Below are positions 28,943 through 38,080 of a stretch of DNA of 61,157 bases, piece by piece. Each line of letters begins with the position of its first letter. The first letter of the stretch is position 1. The notes under the pieces were generated by a model. The model was not told the origin of the DNA, made no database searches, and worked only from the letters and a program-made list of their open reading frames with translations. The translations under genes were made by a program, and so were the position numbers. Source of the DNA: an uncultured Candidatus Woesearchaeota archaeon (GTDB lineage Archaea > Nanobdellota > Nanobdellia > Woesearchaeales > UBA525); NCBI GenBank assembly GCA_963724455.1, contig CAVRUV010000006.1, positions 1 to 61,157 of the forward strand. Direction: 5' to 3'.

Positions 28943-29956
28943 TTACACATCGATAAGCCCTTCTTCTGTGACTTGGAAGATTGCTTCATCATCAGGTAAG
29001 TTTGGTGCGTCGACAAGCTTAGCAACACGAGTTCCTTTCTTGCCTCTACGTAAATACAACCTGAAGGTACTATTGTGGCCCACGATATTGCCGCCGATAG
29101 CTTCAGTTGGATCGCCAAAGAACGCGTCCGGCTTTGCCATGACTTGATTCGTCACATAAATTGCAAGATTATGCATATCAGCAAGTTTTGCAAGCAAGTG
29201 CATGTGTTTATTGATCTTCTGCTGTCGAACAGCTAATGTTCCACGACCAACAAATTCAGCTCTAAAATGCGCAGTCAAACTGTCAACAATAACGAGTTTG
29301 ACATTTGCTCCGCCCTTGATTAGATCATCTACTTTTTCAGCAAGCAACATCTGATGATCAGAATTGTAAGCACGCGCAACACGAATTGACTTTAGAACAT
29401 CATTTCCATCCAGTCCTCTGCCTTTTGCAAATTGTACAATGCGTTCGGGTCTAAACGTATTCTCAGTATCAATATACACACTAACAGCAGTTGGATCTTC
29501 AGCATATACATTTACAGCAAGCTGATGAGCAACCTGGGTCTTTCCAGAACCATATTGGCCGTAGCATTCAGTAATACTACCCGTCTCAAATCCTCCGCCG
29601 ACAATCCTGTCAAACTCTTTGACGCCGGTGGAGATTTTCATGACTAAAGCGCGCTTTTTTAGAAGGTCTTCGCCAGAACTGAATCCCATATCGAGACTCT
29701 CTCTTGCGGCTTGAATTATCTTTCGTGCAACAGCTTCACTCATGCCAGCAGCATCAACTAATTCTCCCGGTGTTGCAACAGCAATTGACATTAAATTGTC
29801 AAAGCCTACAGATGCTAGCTTTTCTGCAGTAGCTCCGCCAACGCCCGGAAGATCGGTAATTTCAGCTTGTTTCACACTTTTTGCCTCTGCTTTTGATTTT
29901 TTGATTGGTTTGATTTCTTCAACATCCATCTCTTCGAATACAACTTCTTGTTTCAT
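28943..29956 (-). CDS. radA: DNA repair and recombination protein RadA
   Basis: DLPGVG HhH, GQYGSGKTQ, IDTENTFRPER, DSLTAHFRAE, RQQK, TNQV; start placed at MKQEV after a GAAGGTG SD. Confidence 0.96.
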   Translation of the reverse strand: MKQEVVFEEMDVEEIKPIKKSKAEAKSVKQAEITDLPGVGGATAEKLASVGFDNLMSIAVATPGELVDAAGMSEAVARKIIQAARESLDMGFSSGEDLLKKRALVMKISTGVKEFDRIVGGGFETGSITECYGQYGSGKTQVAHQLAVNVYAEDPTAVSVYIDTENTFRPERIVQFAKGRGLDGNDVLKSIRVARAYNSDHQMLLAEKVDDLIKGGANVKLVIVDSLTAHFRAEFVGRGTLAVRQQKINKHMHLLAKLADMHNLAIYVTNQVMAKPDAFFGDPTEAIGGNIVGHNSTFRLYLRRGKKGTRVAKLVDAPNLPDDEAIFQVTEEGLIDV

Positions 29957-30099
29957 TAGTACACCTTCCGTCTTTTTATTAGTTTGCGAAATTTGTTCAT
30001 TCATCACACATTCCGTCATTAATCCAGACGAATTGCTAGATGAAGAATCGTAATTTTCCAACGATTTTCTCTTCATGTTGCGATTGTTTATTTTCATCA

Positions 30100-30501
30100 T
30101 CATGCCTCTATATCGTCGTGTTCTACTAGTATCAAGTACTCGTAGGCTTTTTGTAGAATTAGCGTTGCGCGAGGTAGATCGTTTAAACGCAGGCTATTGG
30201 TGCTTTTCCAAACACCAGACTTATCTTTATAGCGTCTATCGAATGAAACTGTCTTGTAAGTCTTTGGTAATCCATCTTGGCCTAGTGTTTCATTCTCCCA
30301 AATAGAGACTTGTATAGAACCAGACTTGAAGCTCTTTATGGGCATTGTGTGCGCTGAAGAAGAAGCATGTTGTTCTTGATTATCAACACGCTTTTCTGCA
30401 TAACTTTCCTTATACTGTTCTTGTTTTCCAAATTCTTGCTTTGTTCCAAATTCAAACTGCGCTGGCGCAGCCTTTGGCCGATATGTTGTGTTTGTTTGCA
30501 T
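30100..30501 (-). CDS. Putative ssDNA-binding protein (PC4/Whirly-like), immediately upstream of radA
   Basis: SIQVSIWEN...VSFDRRYKDKSGVWKSTNSLRLNDLP aromatic/basic beta pattern; fold assignment is inference. Confidence 0.6.
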   Translation of the reverse strand: MQTNTTYRPKAAPAQFEFGTKQEFGKQEQYKESYAEKRVDNQEQHASSSAHTMPIKSFKSGSIQVSIWENETLGQDGLPKTYKTVSFDRRYKDKSGVWKSTNSLRLNDLPRATLILQKAYEYLILVEHDDIEA

Positions 30502-30554
30502 GTTTGCACCACCTTACGTTTGTGTTTTGTTTCATTCCGACCGTTGCATTGACT

Positions 30555-30660
30555 CACCAAAAGGGTGATAAAAAAACAGGAGCAAGGTCTCCCGCGATGG
30601 CAGCGGCGGGGGGGTCCTTAGCAAATTAGGGGTTGGAAGGGGTGCTGCCTTTCGGCAACA
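30555..30660 (-). promoter_or_regulatory. GC-rich structured leader or sRNA upstream of the ssb-like gene and radA
   Basis: UGUUGCC-GAAA-GGCAGCA hairpin, C-rich linker, GC-rich hairpin followed by U7, UCACC/GGUGA hairpin; TATTTAAG about 25 nt upstream. Confidence 0.5.
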
Positions 30661-30806
30661 AACTACATAGAACGCGCTCTGCTTAAATACGCCACGAGGC
30701 TTTGTCCAGTGGTCTATTTTTTGAGTTGTTGACGAGAAAGTGTGGACAGCTGAAACTTTTTTAAAAAATTTAGATTATTAATTTTTTATCTGTTTATTTT
30801 GTTAAT

Positions 30807-31754
30807 TTATTTTTTTGAATAGATTCTTTTTCTTCCTTCGCCCTTCTTGAGATTGGTGTATTTACGGAATTCGCATCCTATTCCTTCCCAATTCTCTGCC
30901 GAGAGAAGCAATGGTTTGTTATTATGAGTTAAACCAACATCGATTCTTATGTGTGTAAGTTCTGAAACTAATATTGAAGGATCTTTTTTATCATCGATTC
31001 TTTTCATTGTTGGTATTGCTCCTGGGCCTATCGGAAATCTTGCGAAAAGGTCAATGTACTCAGGATACTGATATGCAACATCAATTAATACTTCAGTCCA
31101 TAGAAATGAATGATTGTAACCAAACAACGGAAGGATTTTTTCTACACCATCATAGACTGATTTTTTATGCCACGTTCGTATTTCTTTTGCAACCAATTTC
31201 ATTATACTGGGTAAGTATTGTGTAAGAAACAATTCTCTTGTCGGAGTATTGCTTCTCATAATTGTGCTGATGGGAAATACATAAGGAACGCCGTACTTTG
31301 GTGAAGGACATTCGATAAGTTTTTTGTAAATAATCTTGTTCTTTTTCTCTTCATAAGATAATAATCCAACTTTAGATATTGTTTCTGGCATCGCAACAAG
31401 CCTGCAATAGAACATATTCAAAAGCCACAATTCGAAATCATCACGCAAAGGATTAAGCATTGTGTGAATTTCTATAGTTTGCCTGTCGAACTCTCGAAAG
31501 ATATTGCAGAAACGATATGTAGATAGGACTTTATCTTTTGTATATGGTGCTGATGCTTGTGAAGTTCTCTTTTTCCAAATAGATATTCTCTCATCTATAA
31601 ACCAACTCATTTCGTTGAAAAGATCCTCGTCTTTGAAAATGTCTTTTATAGATAATGTATCTTTTGCAGATAACGACTTATTATTTCTTACACCATCTAC
31701 AACATGGTAATTCCAATGTCGATACAATTTCTTTAGATTATCTGGAAGTTCCAT
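30807..31754 (-). CDS. Protein resembling the 5-hmdU DNA kinase helical domain / aGPT-pyrophosphorylase family
   Basis: FIDER..IW.KR...PYT.D.VL..YRFCNI.RE.DR.T N-terminal motif, GPGA, and a C-terminal E...CEFRKY motif. Confidence 0.65.
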   Translation of the reverse strand: MELPDNLKKLYRHWNYHVVDGVRNNKSLSAKDTLSIKDIFKDEDLFNEMSWFIDERISIWKKRTSQASAPYTKDKVLSTYRFCNIFREFDRQTIEIHTMLNPLRDDFELWLLNMFYCRLVAMPETISKVGLLSYEEKKNKIIYKKLIECPSPKYGVPYVFPISTIMRSNTPTRELFLTQYLPSIMKLVAKEIRTWHKKSVYDGVEKILPLFGYNHSFLWTEVLIDVAYQYPEYIDLFARFPIGPGAIPTMKRIDDKKDPSILVSELTHIRIDVGLTHNNKPLLLSAENWEGIGCEFRKYTNLKKGEGRKRIYSKK

Positions 31755-31867
31755 ATAGCAAATATCAATTATTAACTTATAAAAAATTCAAATATTTATA
31801 TTATCCTATCAAAAAAATCAATATTCCTAATCTAATCTTCTAATTCGCCATTCTTAAATCCGACAAC

Positions 31868-32602
31868 TTATCCTAGTCGCCATAATCCAGAATTGCTTTT
31901 TGCAACATAAATAATAAAGAGCCATGCTAATAAAAGCAATGCGATAATTATAGGATAAATTAATGTTAAAGATATGTCTGTCATAAAAGAAAATGATGTA
32001 TATGAAAGAATGATTATCAGGTTAATCGTCAATAGAATCATATAAAAAAAGAATGGCCGCATATCTCTGAACTTTGCATTCTTTTGCAGATCGTGTGTGT
32101 AAATGCTTCCGTTTAATTTTGCCGTACCAAAAGGAAATGCCCAATTGATGCCTCCTGGTGTGCACGAATCTTCAAGCATATGCAATAGTTGTCCTACATA
32201 AATGCCGATAAATACTGTTCCTAAACGCCACCAGCTTATTGCATTTGCAAAATACATTATTACGCCTAACAACCCCACGATGAACAATGTACTGAATAGA
32301 ATTCCGATCGGTGAATGCATGATGCCGCGATGCAAATCTTCAACATTGTGTTTTGTTGGAACAAATATTCTGAAGAATAATACTACTGGCTTTATGACGA
32401 GCAATCGCAATGCATAGTATAATGGTCTTGCTCGAGATATTGCAGGATTACCATCGGCATCAGCATCTGGAAGCAACGAGCCTAAAAATCCTGATGCCAA
32501 AAATACCATCAGGACACTAATATCATATCTTAGAAAGAACAAAGGCAAGACTATTGGTATGAGAGTCAATTGTGTCAAAATAATGTGCTGTCGTGCAAAC
32601 AT
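31868..32602 (-). CDS. Metal-dependent membrane hydrolase (YdjM-like)
   Basis: N-terminal His, GSLLPDAD, HRGIMHS, HMLEDSCTPGG, TM helices. Confidence 0.85.
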   Translation of the reverse strand: MFARQHIILTQLTLIPIVLPLFFLRYDISVLMVFLASGFLGSLLPDADADGNPAISRARPLYYALRLLVIKPVVLFFRIFVPTKHNVEDLHRGIMHSPIGILFSTLFIVGLLGVIMYFANAISWWRLGTVFIGIYVGQLLHMLEDSCTPGGINWAFPFGTAKLNGSIYTHDLQKNAKFRDMRPFFFYMILLTINLIIILSYTSFSFMTDISLTLIYPIIIALLLLAWLFIIYVAKSNSGLWRLG

Positions 32603-32771
32603 TATCTGATTTAGAGCACGTGAATTAAAAATGTAATGGAATTACAGTAATTCTTTGCAGCACGAAGTAAAAAAATTATTCTAAGTAACTAAAATTAAAC
32701 TATTACAAAATCCTACTTACTCTACACTATACTCTACACACACTCTGCATCAATTATCTCAGCATTAAAAC

Positions 32772-33080
32772 TTATTTCTTGTTAAGATTATACAAACTGT
32801 ATACTCCCCAAGCTACAAGTCCTATGGAGCCAACTATCATGATGACATTTAGTGGTTTTACCCAATTGCAATTATCTGCTACCATGCCAAAAAATGAGTT
32901 GCAAAACGAGTTTGCTGCATCAACACTATACCATTTTGTTATAGCTCCTGCACCGTATTGTACCGTCGGGATATAACGTAAAATAAACAACCCTGCACCT
33001 GCAGCGATATAGAAGATTGCATTTTTCTTTGCAACGCCATTATTATTGCTTTTTGATTGAATAGTTTTTGATTTTTTCAT
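32772..33080 (-). CDS. Small two-TM protein
   Basis: Two hydrophobic segments with a Cys pair in the loop; GAGGCG SD-like site. Confidence 0.6.
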   Translation of the reverse strand: MKKSKTIQSKSNNNGVAKKNAIFYIAAGAGLFILRYIPTVQYGAGAITKWYSVDAANSFCNSFFGMVADNCNWVKPLNVIMIVGSIGLVAWGVYSLYNLNKK

Positions 33081-33113
33081 GGCAGCGCCTCTTTCTTATC
33101 AATTAAATAATTA

Positions 33114-33563
33114 TTATCTAATAGAATTCATAAATGTTTCTGGAAAAAAAGCACTAATTCTTTCTGGAACTAAAACATTGATTTTATACTCTAAAGACTC
33201 TCCTTCCGGATCGGTTGCTGAAAGTATAAACTGTTGTGTATGCTTCGTATAGTGTCTAAGAGCATCATCAAAGCGACCAGTTACTTTAGGCAAAATTGTA
33301 AATGAATTTTGTCGTGATAATATTGGTTTTTGTGATGCAAGAATGAGTGCTAATGAAGTTAATGGCGACAATCTTGAATTTGCTAATTGATATCTTTCAA
33401 AATCATCTGGAATATAATTATAGGAACCTAATTTGCTAGATTTTTCTTTTGTTTGCGGGTATGCACCATTTGATACATCAAATTTTATTCTAGTAGAATA
33501 TGCATTATCTGTTAAACTCGATGGAGATTCTCCAAAGAATGTATTACTAGAACGCTCTAACAC
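33114..33563 (-). CDS. Hypothetical protein
   Basis: GTG-start ORF 9 nt after the RPA stop, with a GGTGG SD-like site. Confidence 0.55.
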   Translation of the reverse strand: MLERSSNTFFGESPSSLTDNAYSTRIKFDVSNGAYPQTKEKSSKLGSYNYIPDDFERYQLANSRLSPLTSLALILASQKPILSRQNSFTILPKVTGRFDDALRHYTKHTQQFILSATDPEGESLEYKINVLVPERISAFFPETFMNSIR

Positions 33564-33572
33564 GCCACCACC

Positions 33573-34721
33573 CTACAAATCATCAAGAGATACTACATCG
33601 TCTTGAATAACGTTTATTTCTTCGCCATCATTACTTTTTGATGCTGGCTTTACAATAGGCTTTTCTACATCTGCATCTGCAGCTGGAGTTGGCTTAGAGT
33701 TTCTCTGCTGCTCCATCTTCTTATCAAGATTCTGCAATTCAGCAGCAGGATCAACGTCGGTATAAACAAGTTGTGCTGTGAATTCCAATCTATCGAATGT
33801 TTCATTGCGCTTGACTTTGCCTACAACCTTGACAAATTCTCCAAGAAGATCATTTTTGATATCTTCAAATGTTAAAGGATCATTTTTGTATTGGGAGAAT
33901 TCCTTTTCTGACTTGCCAGATAGCTTCAATGATTGCTGTTTCCAAAAAGATGCTCGAATATTTCCAGTTCCATCATCGAGAATTGCACTCATGCTCCAAT
34001 TAAGTCCTGGAACTACTTCACCGTGTGTTGGACATTGGTTCTCACCAAGTACTTTCTTGTTGCACTGTGGGCAGCAATCGAAGAATCTAGGGTCATATAC
34101 TTGCAAGACTGTTGCAATGATTTCTACATTATCTTCACTGCCGTCGAGATCCTTAATGTATTTTTGTACTGCTGGAGCGCGTTCTTGTTGTGGGATATAC
34201 TCTTTTCGCTCCACAGTAACGCCTTCAGGATTCACTAATAATGTTGATTGAGTATTAAGCTGTAATTCCAATCTGTCCTTTTGGAATGATTCCTTTACAA
34301 ACGGATTGCGTACAACAACAATGTCTCCTTCTTGGAGCTGTATGAAGACATCGACTTGGTCATTCCAGAAGACTAATCTGCAAGAACCTGTTTCATCGCC
34401 AATAAGCATGGAGCCGACGCGGCCTTGCTTGCCATTTTTGTTGAATTCTTTGACATCGTATTTTTTTAGAACCTGTCCAGCTACAGAGATGCCTCTTGCG
34501 CCAATTTGCAATTCTTTGATTTTGTAGTCTCCGCCAGCTTGCGCTGGAGCAGATAACTGTACACCAAGTTCGTTTGCAATGATCTGAACTGCTCCATCTT
34601 GAGATAATAACCCAGAAAGCTGTTTGACTTTTGCTTGTATCCTGCTTTCAAGTTCAGCTATAGATAGGCCTGTTGCCTCATTGAGCTTTTTTATTGCCAC
34701 AGGATAAGGGATGTCAATCAT
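33573..34721 (-). CDS. rpa: Replication protein A (OB-folds plus zinc finger)
   Basis: GDETG..RLVFW, CPQC...CPTH, LDDGTGNIRA; start placed at MIDIPY. Confidence 0.88.
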   Translation of the reverse strand: MIDIPYPVAIKKLNEATGLSIAELESRIQAKVKQLSGLLSQDGAVQIIANELGVQLSAPAQAGGDYKIKELQIGARGISVAGQVLKKYDVKEFNKNGKQGRVGSMLIGDETGSCRLVFWNDQVDVFIQLQEGDIVVVRNPFVKESFQKDRLELQLNTQSTLLVNPEGVTVERKEYIPQQERAPAVQKYIKDLDGSEDNVEIIATVLQVYDPRFFDCCPQCNKKVLGENQCPTHGEVVPGLNWSMSAILDDGTGNIRASFWKQQSLKLSGKSEKEFSQYKNDPLTFEDIKNDLLGEFVKVVGKVKRNETFDRLEFTAQLVYTDVDPAAELQNLDKKMEQQRNSKPTPAADADVEKPIVKPASKSNDGEEINVIQDDVVSLDDL

Positions 34722-35014
34722 GATTTTAGGAGCTATCACGTATATTTAAGAGATTCGGGGCGCCTTAAAAGGGACCAGATACCTTTATATAACAAAATAC
34801 TCATATTACTAATTAACGGTATATTTTTTGTATACTAGTTATGTTGCCTCATTGAGCTTTTTTATTGCCACAGGATAAGGGATGTCAATCATGATTTTAG
34901 GAGCTATCACGTATATTTAAGAGATTCGGGGCGCCTTAAAAGGGACCAGATACCTTTATATAACAAAATACTCATATTACTAATTAACGGTATATTTTTT
35001 GTATACTAGTTATG
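34671..35014. repeat. Exact 171-bp tandem duplication spanning the RPA 5' end and the divergent promoter
   Basis: 34671-34843 equals 34842-35014 (tgttgcctcattgagc...gtatactagttatg). Confidence 0.95.
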
Positions 35015-35034
35015 ATGCCAAAAACAGAGACGTT

Positions 35035-35274
35035 ATGTTAACAGAAAAAGAACTTCAGATTCTAACTTTGCGAAAAGAGGGCTTGCTCCAGACAGAAATA
35101 GCAAAGCGTCTCAAAATGACGCAAGGAGCAATAAGCAGATTTGAAGCAAATGCCAAAAAAAAGATCCGGCAAGCAAAAGAAGAACTTGCAATGCTTGAAC
35201 GTCTCGGTATTGATATTGAGAATGAAGAGGCAATAGAGCAGAAATTACGTAAATTGCAAGGGGTGCATAAATGA
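35035..35274 (+). CDS. Tfx-like helix-turn-helix DNA-binding protein
   Basis: MLTEKELQIL.LR..GL.QTEIAKRL.MTQGAISRFE..A..KI; ATGA overlap with the next gene. Confidence 0.8.
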   Translation: MLTEKELQILTLRKEGLLQTEIAKRLKMTQGAISRFEANAKKKIRQAKEELAMLERLGIDIENEEAIEQKLRKLQGVHK

Positions 35275-37040
35275 CTAACGACCTCTTACGCGAACAAGCC
35301 TTGCAAGGACTACAAAATGGAATAATCTCACAATATGAATATGATGCACTCATAGAATCTTTAGGAACATTACCTATAAATCAGTATGAATTGGTAAATA
35401 AAAATATTGTAGAACAAAATAAAAAACAAAATTCTGATTCTAAATCAAATGAGCAAACACAAAAAATACATCTCAAAGACTTCATAAATACCAGAAAACA
35501 AACTATTGTTATTTCTGTTGTTTTCTTAATTGCTATTCTTAGCATAATCATAAGTATTGTAACGATAAATAATGGACTTTCAGGTTTTGCTACTTTTGAT
35601 GTTCCGCTTCAGAATTATACCGGCAATATGAGCATTCATGCTACGCAAGAATTTACCAGCATGAGAATCAGCGGAACGCTCTTTGGCGACGGAACTGCTA
35701 ATGTTTATTACAAAACAAACAATGGTACGCTTCTTATTGGAACAATTACCAGCAATGATGGAACACCGCACACAACAAAACCAAGCTATGCTGTGGGTGA
35801 AGAAGTCACTATACAGAACTCTCCTATTTCGTATAACTCATATCTAGATGACGGCGTTACAAATACACAAACACCAATACCATTCACCGCACCAGCAACT
35901 GATATGACACTGCTCATTGTAGCAAACGACACTGGCAATCTAACAACATACAGACTACCTATCTTAATCGGCTCAAGAGATAGAACAACAACATTCTCAA
36001 ATCTGTGCGTAGATACATGCACAATGCCAGCATCAGCCGGAGACATCATAATAGAAACAACAGGACCAACACAACTAACATTCACCAACATAGAAACAAC
36101 ATTAAAAGAAAATACTGCACCAATGTTGATAACACCATTCGAAGCGATTGCTATTAATCAAACAACAACTGTGAATCTTGCAGAACACTTTGTAGATACT
36201 GACGGCGATACAATATACTACAGCACCGAAAACACCAATCTTGCAACATTAACTATAGAAAATAATACACTAACTTTAACACCAATGCAAGACGGAAATC
36301 AAACAATAACAATATACGCAAGTGACCTAAAAGAAATAGCAACAGGAACAATTGAACTAAGTGTTGTAGGCGTTACTCCTCTTGAAACAAATATCACAAT
36401 AAACGAAACAACAAATACCACCACACAAACAAACATTACACTTGAGATAAACACAACAACAAATGAAACAACAAATAACACAATTAATACTACAAAAATA
36501 AATAATTCATTAAACGAAACAAATACTACAATAGACGCTAATACAACACTAAATACAAACGCACAAACAAATACTACAATAAATACTATACAAAATACAA
36601 CGCTCGATTGCTCCAATCAAAATCCTAATGAACGACCAATAGAGTGTTTACTCAATGGCACTACAAATTATTTCCTAGAACAAGATATTTTCTGGTTCGA
36701 TAATAATAGAGAACCTATTGCTAGATTTAGCACAGTTGGAAATTTACTTTTGACAGGAGATGTCGTGCAACATACAAACGCATCATCTAATAATAATAGG
36801 TTCTCAATTGGTTATGCCACCGATACCCTCGGGGTTGTACCAACCATTTGGATAGATGCGGCGGGTAACTTGCAATTGCGCGGAGCATTGCATGAGGAAC
36901 AAGGACAAATTGTGCCACCTCCGGGAACTGGTTCCTTCAATAATAAAAAAGGCATCACTCTAGCCTACGCGAATTTACAAACAGGTGATTTATACTTACG
37001 CGGCAACGTCATACCTTATAGAAAGAGTGTGATATCATGA
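35271..37040 (+). CDS. Membrane-anchored surface glycoprotein (Ig/cadherin-like domain, Asn/Thr stalk)
   Basis: TM followed by SGFA, NTAP..D.DGD Ig-like unit, NTT-rich linker, C-terminal G[ND]L.L.G x3 domain. Confidence 0.8.
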   Translation: MTNDLLREQALQGLQNGIISQYEYDALIESLGTLPINQYELVNKNIVEQNKKQNSDSKSNEQTQKIHLKDFINTRKQTIVISVVFLIAILSIIISIVTINNGLSGFATFDVPLQNYTGNMSIHATQEFTSMRISGTLFGDGTANVYYKTNNGTLLIGTITSNDGTPHTTKPSYAVGEEVTIQNSPISYNSYLDDGVTNTQTPIPFTAPATDMTLLIVANDTGNLTTYRLPILIGSRDRTTTFSNLCVDTCTMPASAGDIIIETTGPTQLTFTNIETTLKENTAPMLITPFEAIAINQTTTVNLAEHFVDTDGDTIYYSTENTNLATLTIENNTLTLTPMQDGNQTITIYASDLKEIATGTIELSVVGVTPLETNITINETTNTTTQTNITLEINTTTNETTNNTINTTKINNSLNETNTTIDANTTLNTNAQTNTTINTIQNTTLDCSNQNPNERPIECLLNGTTNYFLEQDIFWFDNNREPIARFSTVGNLLLTGDVVQHTNASSNNNRFSIGYATDTLGVVPTIWIDAAGNLQLRGALHEEQGQIVPPPGTGSFNNKKGITLAYANLQTGDLYLRGNVIPYRKSVIS

Positions 37041-37924
37041 TTGCCAAGTCATGCTTTTTTAGATTTTTTATTATTTCAATAATTGCTATTAGTTCTTTTT
37101 ATACAGTTATTGCTGCAAACAATCCAGGCCACGATTCATTGTATATACTGAAATTAGGAGATAATGTAACTGGAAATATAAATGTTACAGGAAGCTTTCT
37201 TGCAAATAACTTGCAAACAGCAACATTGCTATATGGCTCAGGTCTTGATATTCAAGCAAACGGTACACTGATTACACCTTCAAAACCAACCATACAATCA
37301 TGGAATAACGATTTATATTTTGATAGCTTCTCAGGAGATATACGTTTTGCTTCACAAACAGGCATATCAAATTATATTAGATTTGGAACAGGATCAATTA
37401 ACGTCATCGTTAATGGAACATTAAAACAATACGACCAATCGCTCTGCATGCAGAATGGAACAAACTGCCCTGGATCGCTTGGTGGTGCAAATATTACTGG
37501 AGCAGGAACATCTGGAACCATAACAAAATGGACGGGAACTGGAACTCTTGGAAATAGCATACTTACTGAATCTGGAAATACAGTAACTGTTAGTGGAAAT
37601 CTTACAACGACAGGAAATGTTACAGCAATAAACATCTACTCAAATGGAGCACAAGTATGTACTGCATCAAACGCGCTTTGTTCCTCAGCAGTTCCATATC
37701 AATCATCTGCTGCAGGTTGGACTAATACAACAACTGTAACTTCAACTTTGTTCAATGTTGGTGTAGGAACTGTTTCTCCCATGGTGAAATTTCAAGTTAA
37801 TGGTTCATCTAATTTCACTAATGGCAATGTTAGTGTTCAATCTACTTACAGTTTGTGCTTTAATGCAAATTGCACAGCAAGAATGTATCACAATGGAACT
37901 GCTTTGATAATAGAAGGACAATAA
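37037..37924 (+). CDS. Secreted fibre-like protein
   Basis: Signal peptide; tail-fibre-like motifs GTITKWTG..TLGNS and NVGVGT.SP; ATGA overlap with the upstream gene. Confidence 0.7.
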   Translation: MIAKSCFFRFFIISIIAISSFYTVIAANNPGHDSLYILKLGDNVTGNINVTGSFLANNLQTATLLYGSGLDIQANGTLITPSKPTIQSWNNDLYFDSFSGDIRFASQTGISNYIRFGTGSINVIVNGTLKQYDQSLCMQNGTNCPGSLGGANITGAGTSGTITKWTGTGTLGNSILTESGNTVTVSGNLTTTGNVTAINIYSNGAQVCTASNALCSSAVPYQSSAAGWTNTTTVTSTLFNVGVGTVSPMVKFQVNGSSNFTNGNVSVQSTYSLCFNANCTARMYHNGTALIIEGQ

Positions 37925-38080
37925 AATGACTAAATAAAAAATTATCAAATAAAAATTCAAAATCATAATTTCAAAAAATAGTAAAAAATAATCAATTGAA
38001 AAATATCCAACAATTGTTGACGGTAATCAAACTCAGAAAATAAACTCCGTAACCATAAAATACCACCAGAGTTGTAGAAT

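Noticed and set aside
29957-30103. 49-aa N-terminal extension of RadA in the ORF track
   Set aside because: It is low-complexity sequence and a good SD precedes the ATG at 29956; it cannot be fully excluded because the upstream ATG overlaps the previous stop
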